From NCBI GenBank assembly GCA_029289095.1, contig JARFUG010000007.1, positions 9,297 to 73,296 of the forward strand: a stretch of 64,000 bases of DNA, written 5' to 3'. Position 1 is the first letter of the stretch. Every line of letters begins with the position of its first letter. This document shows, piece by piece, positions 37,234-45,657 of the stretch. Position numbers and translations under genes: made by a program. This DNA comes from Desulfuromonadales bacterium (GTDB taxonomy: Bacteria; Desulfobacterota; Desulfuromonadia; Desulfuromonadales; JACZKF01). The notes beneath the pieces were generated by a model. That model made no database searches, was not told the DNA's origin, and saw nothing but the letters and a program-made list of their open reading frames with translations.

Positions 37234-37875
37234 TCAAGAGTGATCGCCGTTTTTCTCTTCGGCGTCCAGCCATTGCGCCAGCCGGTTGACGGCATCGATG
37301 AATTCGGCCGGGACGTGCGGGAGAGTTTCGAGGGCGGTTCCGAGGCGTCTGGCGGCGCTGATGGCCGCCTTCAGGGAAGGCGCAGCGACTCCGTCCTCTC
37401 CCCGGGCGGCCTCCACCTCCCTGAATCGCTTCAGCACCGTTGGATGGCTGCGCTCCTCTTCCACGATCGCCTGGCGCAACTGCGAATATTGCTCGGGAGA
37501 GAAGTCCTTTTCCTCGCGCGCCTGGCGCAGCAGATCGACGCTGCGGTAATCGGGCAGAGGCTTGATCTCGGTGCGCCGCGCCAGGATCTCGGGTTCTTCC
37601 TGCTCGAGATAACGATAGGCGAGGGTGAGTTTCTGTGCGGTTGGTTTCTGGATTCGGATTTCCCTGGCGCAGTACTCCTCGAACGATTCGTATCCCCACT
37701 GCCGGAAACACTGCTCGCGTTGCACCAGCAGAAGTTTTTCGCCGAGTTCCACCCATGACGATTTGAAGCGTCTGGCCGTGGCGAGGACTCTGTACCTGTC
37801 CGATTCCGGGTCGAGTTCCTGCATCAGGCGCTCGATCATCAACTCGCCCTTGGATCGGGGAGGGTGCTGTTCCAT
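37234..37875 (-). CDS. Conserved hypothetical helical protein
   Basis: 213 aa with a strong SD (AAGGAGG) before ATG 37875. I recognise no motif in it. Confidence 0.5.
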   Translation of the reverse strand: MEQHPPRSKGELMIERLMQELDPESDRYRVLATARRFKSSWVELGEKLLLVQREQCFRQWGYESFEEYCAREIRIQKPTAQKLTLAYRYLEQEEPEILARRTEIKPLPDYRSVDLLRQAREEKDFSPEQYSQLRQAIVEEERSHPTVLKRFREVEAARGEDGVAAPSLKAAISAARRLGTALETLPHVPAEFIDAVNRLAQWLDAEEKNGDHS

Positions 37876-37977
37876 CCGTGTGAACCTCCTTCGTGTCGAG
37901 AGAATCGGGAAGTTTAGCACGGCCCATCTTCCAAAAAGAAGTATTTTCGCGACCCTCGGCCGAGGGCGATCGAGGAA

Positions 37978-39189
37978 ATGGAAATGAAGAAAAGACGGAT
38001 GACGGCAGGGCCCGAAACGGCCCGCATGCTGGAACTGGGGCATCCATGGGTGATAGCGGATGCATATACGAAGCGCTGGAGCGCCGTGAAGCCTGGGGAT
38101 GTCGTCGAACTGGTCGACGGGAGCGACCGGCTCATCGGCACAGCTCTGCTCGATCCATCGGATCGCGTCGCAGCGCGGATCCTGTCAGCGGGAAAGATGC
38201 ACCTCGATCTTTCGTGGATGCGCGAAAAACTCCAGCGGGCGCTCGCCCTGCGCAGAGACCACGCGGACTTGGCGGAGACGAGCGCCTATCGGCTGGTGAA
38301 TGCCGAAGGGGACGGGCTGCCGGGACTGACCGTCGACCGCTATGAAGAGCATCTGATGGTGCAACTCTATACGAGCGCCTGGCAGCCGCACCTGCCGCTC
38401 GTGTCCGAAGCGCTGGAGCAGGTGCTGAAACCGGCGGGGATTTACTGGAAACCGCGCCCGCAGCAGACGCGCGCCCTTGGGAGCGAGAAGGAGGGGAAAA
38501 AATACAGCAGGCTCATCCGGGGGGTCGGAGCGCCCGGGACGATGAAAGTCAAAGAGAACGGCCTTTTCTATCAGGTCCGCCTCGAGGAGGGACTTCACAC
38601 GGGACTTTTTCTCGACCAGCGGCGGAACCGGCGCGATCTGATGGATCGCGTCCGGGGAAAATCGTTCCTGAATCTCTTCGCCTATACCGGCGCCTTCTCG
38701 GTAGCGGCAGCCGCAGCCGGCGCAGCGCGCGTCGTCAGCGTCGATGCCTCACTGCCGTACCTGGAGTGGGCACAGGAGAACTTCGGCCTCAACCGCCTCA
38801 ACCCGAAGCGCCACGAATTCATCCAGGGCGACTGCTTCGAGGTTTTGGACGACCTGCGCCGGGTGGGGCGGCGCTTCGACATCGTTCTGATGGATCCGCC
38901 CAGCTTTTCCACCACGGGGTCGAGCCGCTTCACCACCCGACAGGGAACCGCCGAACTCGTGGCGACATCTCTCGAACTCCTTCCGGCCGGGGGGATGCTC
39001 ATCTGTTCATCGAACCACCAGAAGATTGATCTTTCCGACTACCTCAAGGAACTGCGCCGGGGCGCTCTTCTTGCACGGTGCTCCCTGCGGGTGATCCGCA
39101 TCTCGGGACAGCCCGAGGACTTTCCTTTCCCCGTCACCTTCCCCGAAGGGCGTTATCTCAAATACGTCGTCGCCGTGAAGGAAGAATAA
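37978..39189 (+). CDS. rlmI: 23S rRNA (cytosine-C5) methyltransferase RlmI-like (PUA + SAM-MTase)
   Basis: PUA-like N-terminus (HPWVIADAY...GDVVELVD), GLTVDRY, SAM motif LNLFAYTGAFS, and DPPSF. The start is uncertain within the first 8 codons. Confidence 0.8.
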   Translation: MEMKKRRMTAGPETARMLELGHPWVIADAYTKRWSAVKPGDVVELVDGSDRLIGTALLDPSDRVAARILSAGKMHLDLSWMREKLQRALALRRDHADLAETSAYRLVNAEGDGLPGLTVDRYEEHLMVQLYTSAWQPHLPLVSEALEQVLKPAGIYWKPRPQQTRALGSEKEGKKYSRLIRGVGAPGTMKVKENGLFYQVRLEEGLHTGLFLDQRRNRRDLMDRVRGKSFLNLFAYTGAFSVAAAAAGAARVVSVDASLPYLEWAQENFGLNRLNPKRHEFIQGDCFEVLDDLRRVGRRFDIVLMDPPSFSTTGSSRFTTRQGTAELVATSLELLPAGGMLICSSNHQKIDLSDYLKELRRGALLARCSLRVIRISGQPEDFPFPVTFPEGRYLKYVVAVKEE

Positions 39190-39193
39190 AAAA

Positions 39194-39217
39194 AGCCGGG
39201 GCCTCTCGGCCCCGGCT
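39194..39217. terminator. Bidirectional stem-loop between rlmI and the cyclophilin gene
   Basis: AAAAA-AGCCGGGGCC-tctc-GGCCCCGGCT. Confidence 0.65.
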
Positions 39218-39219
39218 GC

Positions 39220-39732
39220 TCAGTTCTCCACCACGACCCGCTCGATCGTTACCGGAGTTTTGGGGACGTCCTGGTGCATCCCCTGGTTGCCGGTAGCGAC
39301 TTTGCGGATGGCGTCGACCGTCTCCAACCCTGCAGTCACCCGCCCGAAGACCGCATAGCCGTAACCCGCCGGCGTCTTGTCCCTGTGATCGAGAAAATCA
39401 TTGTTCGCGACGTTGATGAAGAACTGGGAAGTGGCGCTGTCCACGACCTGCGTGCGCGCCATGGCGATCGTTCCGCGCGCGTTCTTCAGCCCATTGTCAG
39501 CCTCGTTCTTGATGGGGGCCTTGTTCTTCTTCGGCTTCAGGTCTGCTTCCATCCCCCCGCCCTGGATCATGAAGTTGTCGATCACGCGGTGAAAGACGGT
39601 CCCTTCGTAAAATCCCTCGTTCACATACGAGAGGAAGTTGGCCACCGTGATGGGCGCCTTCTCGGCATCGAGCTCGAGGGTGATGTCCCCCATGGATGTC
39701 TCCATCCGGACGACGGTGCTCTTGGAACTCAT
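39220..39732 (-). CDS. ppiB: Peptidyl-prolyl cis-trans isomerase, cyclophilin type
   Basis: 170 aa with [23 protein letters not shown] and SATSQFFIN. The long upstream ORF extension was rejected. Confidence 0.92.
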   Translation of the reverse strand: MSSKSTVVRMETSMGDITLELDAEKAPITVANFLSYVNEGFYEGTVFHRVIDNFMIQGGGMEADLKPKKNKAPIKNEADNGLKNARGTIAMARTQVVDSATSQFFINVANNDFLDHRDKTPAGYGYAVFGRVTAGLETVDAIRKVATGNQGMHQDVPKTPVTIERVVVEN

Positions 39733-39857
39733 GAATTTCTCCTTTGCAGTTTGATGGGCAAGGGGCGGTCGAGGCCCGATCTGTTTTGCGCCAGTGTAGC
39801 GCAACGAAGGGAAAAGGTACAAGACGAAGAATTCCAACTTCATGAAAATACAGGACA

Positions 39858-39885
39858 TTGACAGGCGGAAAGGCGGTTCTATCCT
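39858..39885 (+). promoter_or_regulatory. Candidate sigma-70 promoter (TTGACA-16 nt-TATCCT)
   Basis: It has the same hexamer pair as the candidate at 15947. It lies about 65 nt upstream of ATG 39952. Confidence 0.4.
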
Positions 39886-39951
39886 AGAGACTAGGAAGTT
39901 TCTAATCGTTACGATCTGAAGCCAAACGCTACGAGCTCTGGGAGGTTCCGT

Positions 39952-40320
39952 ATGAAACCCTTCGCACGATCGATCTTTTTCACGGTTCTGGCCGGCGCCG
40001 TCGCTGTGAGCGGCTGTGCCCGCGTGGAGCCGCCGACCGAGCAGTTGACCAGAGGCCAGGCCGCAGTATCCCAGGCACAAGGGGCCGATTCGCTGGAGTT
40101 CGCTCCGGCCGAGTTCGTCACAGCCCAGGAGAAACTTGAGATGGCACAAGATGCCATGCGGGACAGGCAATTTGACAGGGCAAGAATCCTCGCCGAACAG
40201 GCCGAAGTCGACGCCCAACTGGCCTTTGCGAGAGCCCGCACGGCCCAGGCCCAGAGGGCTGCCCAGGAAATTCAGGAAAATATAGACATCTTGCGTCGAG
40301 AACTGGAAGCGGGAAGCTGA
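39952..40320 (+). CDS. DUF4398-type helical lipoprotein
   Basis: Lipobox AVSGC, then a helical Q/A/E-rich domain ([21 protein letters not shown]). Confidence 0.65.
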   Translation: MKPFARSIFFTVLAGAVAVSGCARVEPPTEQLTRGQAAVSQAQGADSLEFAPAEFVTAQEKLEMAQDAMRDRQFDRARILAEQAEVDAQLAFARARTAQAQRAAQEIQENIDILRRELEAGS

Positions 40321-40345
40321 TTCCCAATTTGGACAAGGAGACAGA

Positions 40346-41254
40346 GTGATGAAACCACTGTTGCGAACGAATATGGGGATCATTGTGCTGCTTGCGGTCA
40401 TTGCCGCTGCCGGCTGCGCCCGTCCCCAGAACGAAATGCTTGCAGAAGCCCAGCAGGCCTACACGGCCGCACGCAACGACCCACAGGTCATTCAGAACGC
40501 ACCGCTCGAGATGAGACGGGCGGGTGAGGCGCTTCAGAGAGCTGAGGAACTGGAGCAGGGCAGAGCCCGTGACGAAGAGGTGACACACCAGGCGTACCTG
40601 GCCAGGCAGAGGGTCGAAATCGCACGGGAAACGGCACAACTGCAGTCGGCCCGGCAAGCGGTCGAAGACGCGGAGGTCATGCGGCAGCAAGTCCTCCTGC
40701 AGGCCCGTGAGCGTGAGCTGGAGGTGGCTCGTCAGCAGGCCCAGGCCCGCCAGGCAGAGCTCGAAGAGGCGCGGCGGACCGCAGAAGAAAGAGAATTGGC
40801 CCAACTGCGTGAGAGGGCCGAAAGAGCCGAGCAGCTCGAGGCGCAGATCGCCGAGCTGGAAGAGATGCGCCCTGAGCGCACCGAGCGCGGAATCGTGCTG
40901 ACGATGCCGGGCGTCCTGTTCGGATTTGACGAATCGGAACTGCAGCCGGGGGCGGAGCGCTCTCTCGATCAACTCGCCGAAATCCTGGTGGAGAATCCTG
41001 ATCAGCGCATTCTCGTCGAGGGCTTCACCGACAGCACGGGGCCGGCCGACTACAACCTCAGGCTCTCGGAAGAGCGCGCCGAGGCCGTTCGCGATGCCCT
41101 GGTCGAGCGGGGGGTCGAGCCCCAGCGCATCGAGACGCGGGGATACGGAGAAGCCTATCCGGTCGCCACCAATGAGACCGCGGCCGGTCGCCAGATGAAT
41201 CGCCGGGTGGAGATCGTCATCGCCGGCGCCGCCGAGAGGATCTCTCTGCGGTGA
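40346..41254 (+). CDS. OmpA-family lipoprotein with coiled-coil N-terminal (DUF4398-like) region
   Basis: Lipobox AAAGC and a long coiled coil. The C-terminal OmpA/MotB peptidoglycan-binding domain reads [23 protein letters not shown]...NRRVEIV. Confidence 0.85.
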   Translation: MMKPLLRTNMGIIVLLAVIAAAGCARPQNEMLAEAQQAYTAARNDPQVIQNAPLEMRRAGEALQRAEELEQGRARDEEVTHQAYLARQRVEIARETAQLQSARQAVEDAEVMRQQVLLQARERELEVARQQAQARQAELEEARRTAEERELAQLRERAERAEQLEAQIAELEEMRPERTERGIVLTMPGVLFGFDESELQPGAERSLDQLAEILVENPDQRILVEGFTDSTGPADYNLRLSEERAEAVRDALVERGVEPQRIETRGYGEAYPVATNETAAGRQMNRRVEIVIAGAAERISLR

Positions 41255-41298
41255 TCCATTGACGTTGACGCGGGCGTGCGGCACAAGGGAGATGCGTC

Positions 41299-41721
41299 AT
41301 GACAGATACATCAAGGCAGGTGTTGCCGGCGGGCTCGCTGATCGGCGAGTCGGTGCAGGACGCCGAAGGTGTCCATCTCGGCACCATCGAGGAGTTGATG
41401 ATCGATATGGAGGACGGCGATCTCGCCTATGTGGTCCTCGTTCCCGCCAGCGAGCATGCCAGGGAGAGCAGGCTCCTCGCCATCCCCTGGAGCAGCCTGA
41501 AGCGCAGCGACGGCGCCCTGTTGATTCTCGATGCCGACCTGCGGCGCGCACCCGGCTTCGACCGTGGCAACTGGCCGATCATGTCGGATCGCGGCTGGGG
41601 TGAAGAAGTGCACGACTTTTATGGGCAGGTCCCTTACTGGCAGAAAAGATATTACGCCGACGATCTCTCGGGGCCGACCCAGACAGGCGGGGAGAAAAAG
41701 CCGTCTCCTTTCCGCCCCTGA
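41299..41721 (+). CDS. PRC-barrel domain protein
   Basis: LIGESVQDAEGVHLGTIEELMIDMEDGDLAYVVL is typical of a PRC barrel. Confidence 0.6.
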   Translation: MTDTSRQVLPAGSLIGESVQDAEGVHLGTIEELMIDMEDGDLAYVVLVPASEHARESRLLAIPWSSLKRSDGALLILDADLRRAPGFDRGNWPIMSDRGWGEEVHDFYGQVPYWQKRYYADDLSGPTQTGGEKKPSPFRP

Positions 41722-41755
41722 CGCAGTTCACGACCATTGACGACACGACCGCATC

Positions 41756-41793
41756 GCGTCCTCTGCCGATCGCAGGGGACGCGTTTATTTTAT
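41756..41793 (+). terminator. Intrinsic terminator after the PRC-barrel gene
   Basis: GCGTCCTCTGC-cgatc-GCAGGGGACGC with one G-U pair, followed by GTTTATTTTATT. Confidence 0.7.
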
Positions 41794-42260
41794 TGCACCA
41801 CCATCCAGGAGCCGTCGGGCTGCCTGCATGCCGTGCCGTAGGCCTGCTGCAACTGCCCGCCGATATTGACGGTCTGCGTGTATTCCCTGCAGTACTGCCC
41901 CTGAGAGGTCTGGTACGTTCTGGTCGGGGTGAAGGTTCCGCTGCGACCCGAATCGGGGTTCACCCAGGTTGTGGTTGCGTGGGTGCGGGAATATTCGAGA
42001 GATTGCTGGGCATTTTGCTGCATCGCCAATTGATCGGCGCGATCCAGGGATCTGCCGACTTCCTGCCCGATGAGCGCTCCGGCCAGAGTGCCGACGGCGA
42101 CGGCCACGAGGGTCCCGCGTCCGCCTCCGATCTGTGAGCCGATCAGGGCTCCTGTGCCGGCGCCGATCAGGGTTCCCCCGGTTTCCTTGGGGCCCATCTG
42201 CGGAGCGCAACCGACGAGGATGAGAGCCAGGATGACGATCAGGGACATTGAACGCGTCAT
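41790..42260 (-). CDS. Glycine-zipper / 17-kDa surface-antigen-family outer-membrane lipoprotein
   Basis: Lipobox LVGC, glycine zipper GAGTGALIGSQIGGGRGTLVAVAVGTLAGALIG, and a C-terminal Cys-containing domain (YCREY...CRQPDGSW). Confidence 0.7.
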   Translation of the reverse strand: MTRSMSLIVILALILVGCAPQMGPKETGGTLIGAGTGALIGSQIGGGRGTLVAVAVGTLAGALIGQEVGRSLDRADQLAMQQNAQQSLEYSRTHATTTWVNPDSGRSGTFTPTRTYQTSQGQYCREYTQTVNIGGQLQQAYGTACRQPDGSWMVVQ

Positions 42261-42396
42261 TGTGATCCTCCTTGCAGGGGTTCTTCTTCATTATACCCTC
42301 AGTCGATTGTTATGGCGATCGTTTCATCTGCACGCGAAACGGCCCGGACTTCAATATCCCGGGCCGCTCTCTCCTTGTTTTTTCGAGCCTTGAATC

Positions 42397-42855
42397 TCAG
42401 GTGCGCTCCAGCGCTTCCTTTCTCGGCAGGGTCTTTTGCGCATAGGACCAGATATTGAGCTGCTCCAGGGCGTAGAGCGCCAGACCTGCGAAAAAGACCC
42501 CCATGAAATGCCCCTCCAGGGCTCCTGCAAAGAGATAGAAGGGGTAGAAGACGGTTCGGAAGAAAAGGTGCAGCCAGTTCGATGACGGTTTCTGAGCGCC
42601 CGCGATGCGCCCCAGGATCAGTACGGCGGCAGAAAAGGTATAGGCGCCCACCGCGACGCTCGTCATGGCGACCGGGGGAGCCGCCCCCAGGATCATCCGG
42701 GCGCTTTCCCCCAAGGGGGCGAGCAGATCGGCCCCGCGGGAGAAGAAAAATATGGTGCTGACCAGCAGGAAAAGAGAGAGATCGCAAAGGCCCCGCCTGC
42801 ACAGGGCGTGGAGATCGGCGCCGGTCCTGTCGGTTGGATTCCTCTGGCGTTTCAT
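42397..42855 (-). CDS. Hypothetical 4-TM membrane protein; last gene of the cytochrome c/b operon
   Basis: 152 aa and hydrophobic. The gap to the cytochrome b gene is only 9 nt. Confidence 0.55.
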   Translation of the reverse strand: MKRQRNPTDRTGADLHALCRRGLCDLSLFLLVSTIFFFSRGADLLAPLGESARMILGAAPPVAMTSVAVGAYTFSAAVLILGRIAGAQKPSSNWLHLFFRTVFYPFYLFAGALEGHFMGVFFAGLALYALEQLNIWSYAQKTLPRKEALERT

Positions 42856-42864
42856 GATGTCCTC

Positions 42865-43542
42865 CTAGCCGTGATGTCCGCTCTCGAGAGTCGTTTCGCT
42901 TTCGTGCTCGTCGATCTCTTCCCATCCGTTCCACATCGGCTTGAAATAGGCCAGCGGCGTCTTGCCCAGGGTCGCCAGGTAGAGGTGCGTGAAGAGGAAG
43001 GCGAACATGGCGCACGAGAGCAGGAAGTGGATGCCGACGAGGATCTTCAGCCCGCCGATGAGCAGGACGATTTCCCGCAAGGGGGCGATGTTCATCAGCA
43101 GAATTCCGCTCAGGCTCACCAGGGGCATGAGGACGAACATGATGGCCAGGTAAGCCGACTTCTGCAGCGGGTTGAACTTGTTGTCCGGGGTGGGATGATG
43201 CGGGCTCGGCTTGCCCCGGAAGTAGTTGAAGAAGTAGTAGACGCTCTGTCGCAGCAGGCCGTGGCGCAGGTCGTCGCTGCTGGGCACGTAGAGCTGCGTC
43301 ATCTTGCGTGCGATGCAGGTGTAGTAGAAGAACCAGAAGGTGAACGAGAGCGCCACGAGAATCCCCGCCGTGTTGTGCAGCTCGATCGCCGCCTTGTAGC
43401 TGCCGAAGAGGTTGATGTATTCCGGGAACCGGATCTGCGCTCCCGACAGACCGAGAGTGACGATGCCCAGGGCGTTGAGCCAGTGCCAGATGCGCACCGG
43501 GGTCGGCTGCAGATAGACGCGTTTGCTGCTGTGAGTGGTCAT
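42865..43542 (-). CDS. Di-heme b-type cytochrome membrane subunit (PhsC / cytochrome b561-like; CbcB-like)
   Basis: 225 aa with 4-5 TM helices and conserved His residues (RIWHWLNA, ELHNTAG, GIHFLLS, FTHLY). Confidence 0.8.
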   Translation of the reverse strand: MTTHSSKRVYLQPTPVRIWHWLNALGIVTLGLSGAQIRFPEYINLFGSYKAAIELHNTAGILVALSFTFWFFYYTCIARKMTQLYVPSSDDLRHGLLRQSVYYFFNYFRGKPSPHHPTPDNKFNPLQKSAYLAIMFVLMPLVSLSGILLMNIAPLREIVLLIGGLKILVGIHFLLSCAMFAFLFTHLYLATLGKTPLAYFKPMWNGWEEIDEHESETTLESGHHG

Positions 43543-43554
43543 GGCTTCGGCTCC

Positions 43555-44607
43555 TTATCGTCGGTTCTTGCGGGTCAGAAATCGCAGCGTTCCGTGCCCC
43601 ACCGGCATGATCAGTCCGGCGGCCAGGATCGCCAGCCCGATATAGTTGAGGGTGGCGCTGCGGGTCGCTCCCACGATGTAGAAGTCGGGGGTCCCGTACA
43701 GGACATCGAGAACCGCCCCCTTCTCCACCGCAAGGCGTTCAAAGGAGCCGTCCTGGCGCGGGAAGGCGACGAAGCTCGTCTGCATCGCTCCGGGGCCGGA
43801 GGCGTGACAGAAGGTGCAGTCCCATCGGTTGGCGAGGATGCCGAAGTCGTGGGTGACGATCTCCGGAGTGAGCATCCCCTTGAGTCGCAGGTTGCGATTG
43901 TCCCTGTTGCGGTTGAAGCTCCGGAGCTCGGCCAGGGAGATGAAACCGTCGCCGTCGGTGTCGATCAGAGAAGAGATCTTCTCCTGCTCGCTCAAGAGTT
44001 TGAGATCTTCATATCCGGCGAGTTCAAAGGGGAGTCCCCGCGCCGGCGCTCCCGAGTCCGGGTGGAGCGGGCGTCGGGTGAGATACAGGGAGATGACGAT
44101 ATTCTCCGAGCCCGAATGGCAGGAGATGCACGGCAGCATCTCCAGGTGAAGAGCCGCCTGCGGCAGCCAGCTCCCATGGGAACGTACAAGGCCGGAGGTC
44201 TCGTGGCAGACGGCGCAGTTGCGGTTCATGTCGTGCCCGGAGATCGTCGTCGGCCCGCGCACGAGGTGGGGGTTGTGGCAGTCGCCGCAGTCGGCATATT
44301 GGGCGTGTCCGCTCTGGGCGTATTCTTCGTAGATGTCCTGATGGCAATCGAGGCAGCCGGCCCTGGACAGAGGCTGGCCGTCGTCGGGATGATCCCAGGT
44401 GACCGATTCGTGGCAGGCCACGCACCCCAGCCCCGCATGCGCGGTGGTGTCATAGCGCAAAGGATCGATCACGTAGGCGTCTCCCACCATCCCCGCATCG
44501 GCGTGACAGCTCACGCAGCTCTCGTCGTCCATCGCCGCCGTTTCAACCGGGGCGGCCAACCAGAGTGCCGCCAGCCCCAGAGAGAGAAATCCGATTTTGC
44601 GTCCCAT
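43555..44607 (-). CDS. Heptaheme c-type cytochrome with an internal EF-hand and a C-terminal TM anchor (CbcA-like)
   Basis: Signal peptide. Seven CXXCH motifs: CVSCH, CVACH, CLDCH, CGDCH, CAVCH, CISCH, CTFCH. DTDGDGFISLAE lies between hemes 6 and 7. C-terminal helix LNYIGLAILAAGLIMPV. Confidence 0.88.
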   Translation of the reverse strand: MGRKIGFLSLGLAALWLAAPVETAAMDDESCVSCHADAGMVGDAYVIDPLRYDTTAHAGLGCVACHESVTWDHPDDGQPLSRAGCLDCHQDIYEEYAQSGHAQYADCGDCHNPHLVRGPTTISGHDMNRNCAVCHETSGLVRSHGSWLPQAALHLEMLPCISCHSGSENIVISLYLTRRPLHPDSGAPARGLPFELAGYEDLKLLSEQEKISSLIDTDGDGFISLAELRSFNRNRDNRNLRLKGMLTPEIVTHDFGILANRWDCTFCHASGPGAMQTSFVAFPRQDGSFERLAVEKGAVLDVLYGTPDFYIVGATRSATLNYIGLAILAAGLIMPVGHGTLRFLTRKNRR

Positions 44608-44638
44608 GTTTTCCTCCGGTGAGGTTAATGCGTGTGGA

Positions 44639-44878
44639 TCAGCGCAGGGTCTGCCGGCACGACTCTTTCTTCCTCGTTGCGGACTCGCTCAGGAACTGCC
44701 AGAGGGCGACCAGGGCCGCATAGAGCTGCGCCACAACGATGATCGCGCAATACGCCAGGAAGAACTTGATGGTCAGTCCGCTGAAACCGTCCATGACGGT
44801 TCCTCCCGGGAAGGGGGTGAAGAAGAAAAATGCGAAGAGCAGCAGCATCATCCCTAGCCAGTAGATCTGTCGTTTCAT
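44639..44878 (-). CDS. Small two-TM membrane protein (79 aa)
   Basis: SD GAGGAG lies upstream. Hydrophobic segments WLGMMLLLFAFFFF and FFLAYCAIIVVAQLYAALVAL. Confidence 0.5.
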   Translation of the reverse strand: MKRQIYWLGMMLLLFAFFFFTPFPGGTVMDGFSGLTIKFFLAYCAIIVVAQLYAALVALWQFLSESATRKKESCRQTLR

Positions 44879-44956
44879 GGCTGTATCTCCTCATCGTCGC
44901 GGCGCCGGCGAAAAAGCCGCAGATGGCGCTCCCTCCTGCCGTTGGCCGGCTCTTTC

Positions 44957-45199
44957 CTACTTGCGGGTGACCGATTCCACGGGAGCGAGCTCTTGGCTCT
45001 CCTGTTGCTGGCGTGCGGCCTTTCTGGCGCTGCGCAGAGCGGGGAGGACCTGGGCCAGAACGATCAGGGCGCAGAAGCCCAGAAAGATCAGAACGACCAG
45101 TGAACTGTTGTCCTTGCGCGCCTCGGCGGCGGCCAGGGCTGGGGAAGCCAGGGCCGAGAATGCGACTGCTGCGATGACTGCCGTCAACTTCTCTTTCAT
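44957..45199 (-). CDS. Small secreted/single-TM protein, family member A (80 aa)
   Basis: MKEKLTAVIAAVAFSALASPALAAAEA (signal peptide), then SSLVVLIFLGFCALIVLAQVLPAL. Its closest relative in the window is the ORF at 52531-52779. SD AAGGAG lies upstream. Confidence 0.65.
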   Translation of the reverse strand: MKEKLTAVIAAVAFSALASPALAAAEARKDNSSLVVLIFLGFCALIVLAQVLPALRSARKAARQQQESQELAPVESVTRK

Positions 45200-45225
45200 C
45201 TTTTTTCTCCTTTTGCGCATGGCGG

Positions 45226-45627
45226 TTAATGGATGCTCAGCACGTTTAGGACATTTCTGAAAGCGCATTCGACAGCGGTGCGGATTTCCTCGCCGTCGCG
45301 GGCGTTCACCGGTTTGAGGGAGTGATAGAAAATCCCTTCGCGGCGGATCTTCTGCATGATCGGAAGAGGTTTTTCATCGGAAACAAGGATGATGGTCAAA
45401 GACCGATCACACCTCTTCATCAAGGGGATAAGGTCCTCGGCGCCGACCTTCTCGTCGAAATCGCTCCCGACCAGCACGACATGGGGCTTGTTCTTCAGGA
45501 GGTCTCCCAGGACATCCACGGCCGAATCGGTGGTCCTCACCTCGTATCCTGCCCGGGAGAGAACATTTGCAATGAGCCTGCGGGTGGCGGTATCCCGGTC
45601 GGCCAGGAGAACGCTTTTCTCTTTCAT
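45226..45627 (-). CDS. Stand-alone receiver-fold protein lacking the phospho-acceptor Asp (pseudo-receiver), copy 1
   Basis: 133 aa. A gapless alignment to the canonical REC at 46095-47504 places Gly (VVLVGSD) where Asp (VIFLDVR) sits. The Ser/Thr (IILVS) and Lys (LKP) positions are retained. Confidence 0.75.
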   Translation of the reverse strand: MKEKSVLLADRDTATRRLIANVLSRAGYEVRTTDSAVDVLGDLLKNKPHVVLVGSDFDEKVGAEDLIPLMKRCDRSLTIILVSDEKPLPIMQKIRREGIFYHSLKPVNARDGEEIRTAVECAFRNVLNVLSIH

Positions 45628-45657
45628 GGCTGCCTCGCTTCGGCTTGCAGGGACCTC

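Noticed and set aside
42808-44622. 604-aa ORF on the plus strand spanning the cytochrome b and heptaheme cytochrome genes
   Set aside because: It is an antisense shadow. The minus-strand frames carry seven CXXCH motifs and a cytochrome b His pattern. The plus-frame product is low-complexity.
44879-44956. An internal sigma-54-like GG-N10-GC match (GGAGCGCCATCTGC, minus strand) ahead of the 79-aa membrane protein gene
   Set aside because: Only the two dinucleotides match and the flanking consensus positions do not. Matches of this kind are expected by chance at this GC content.
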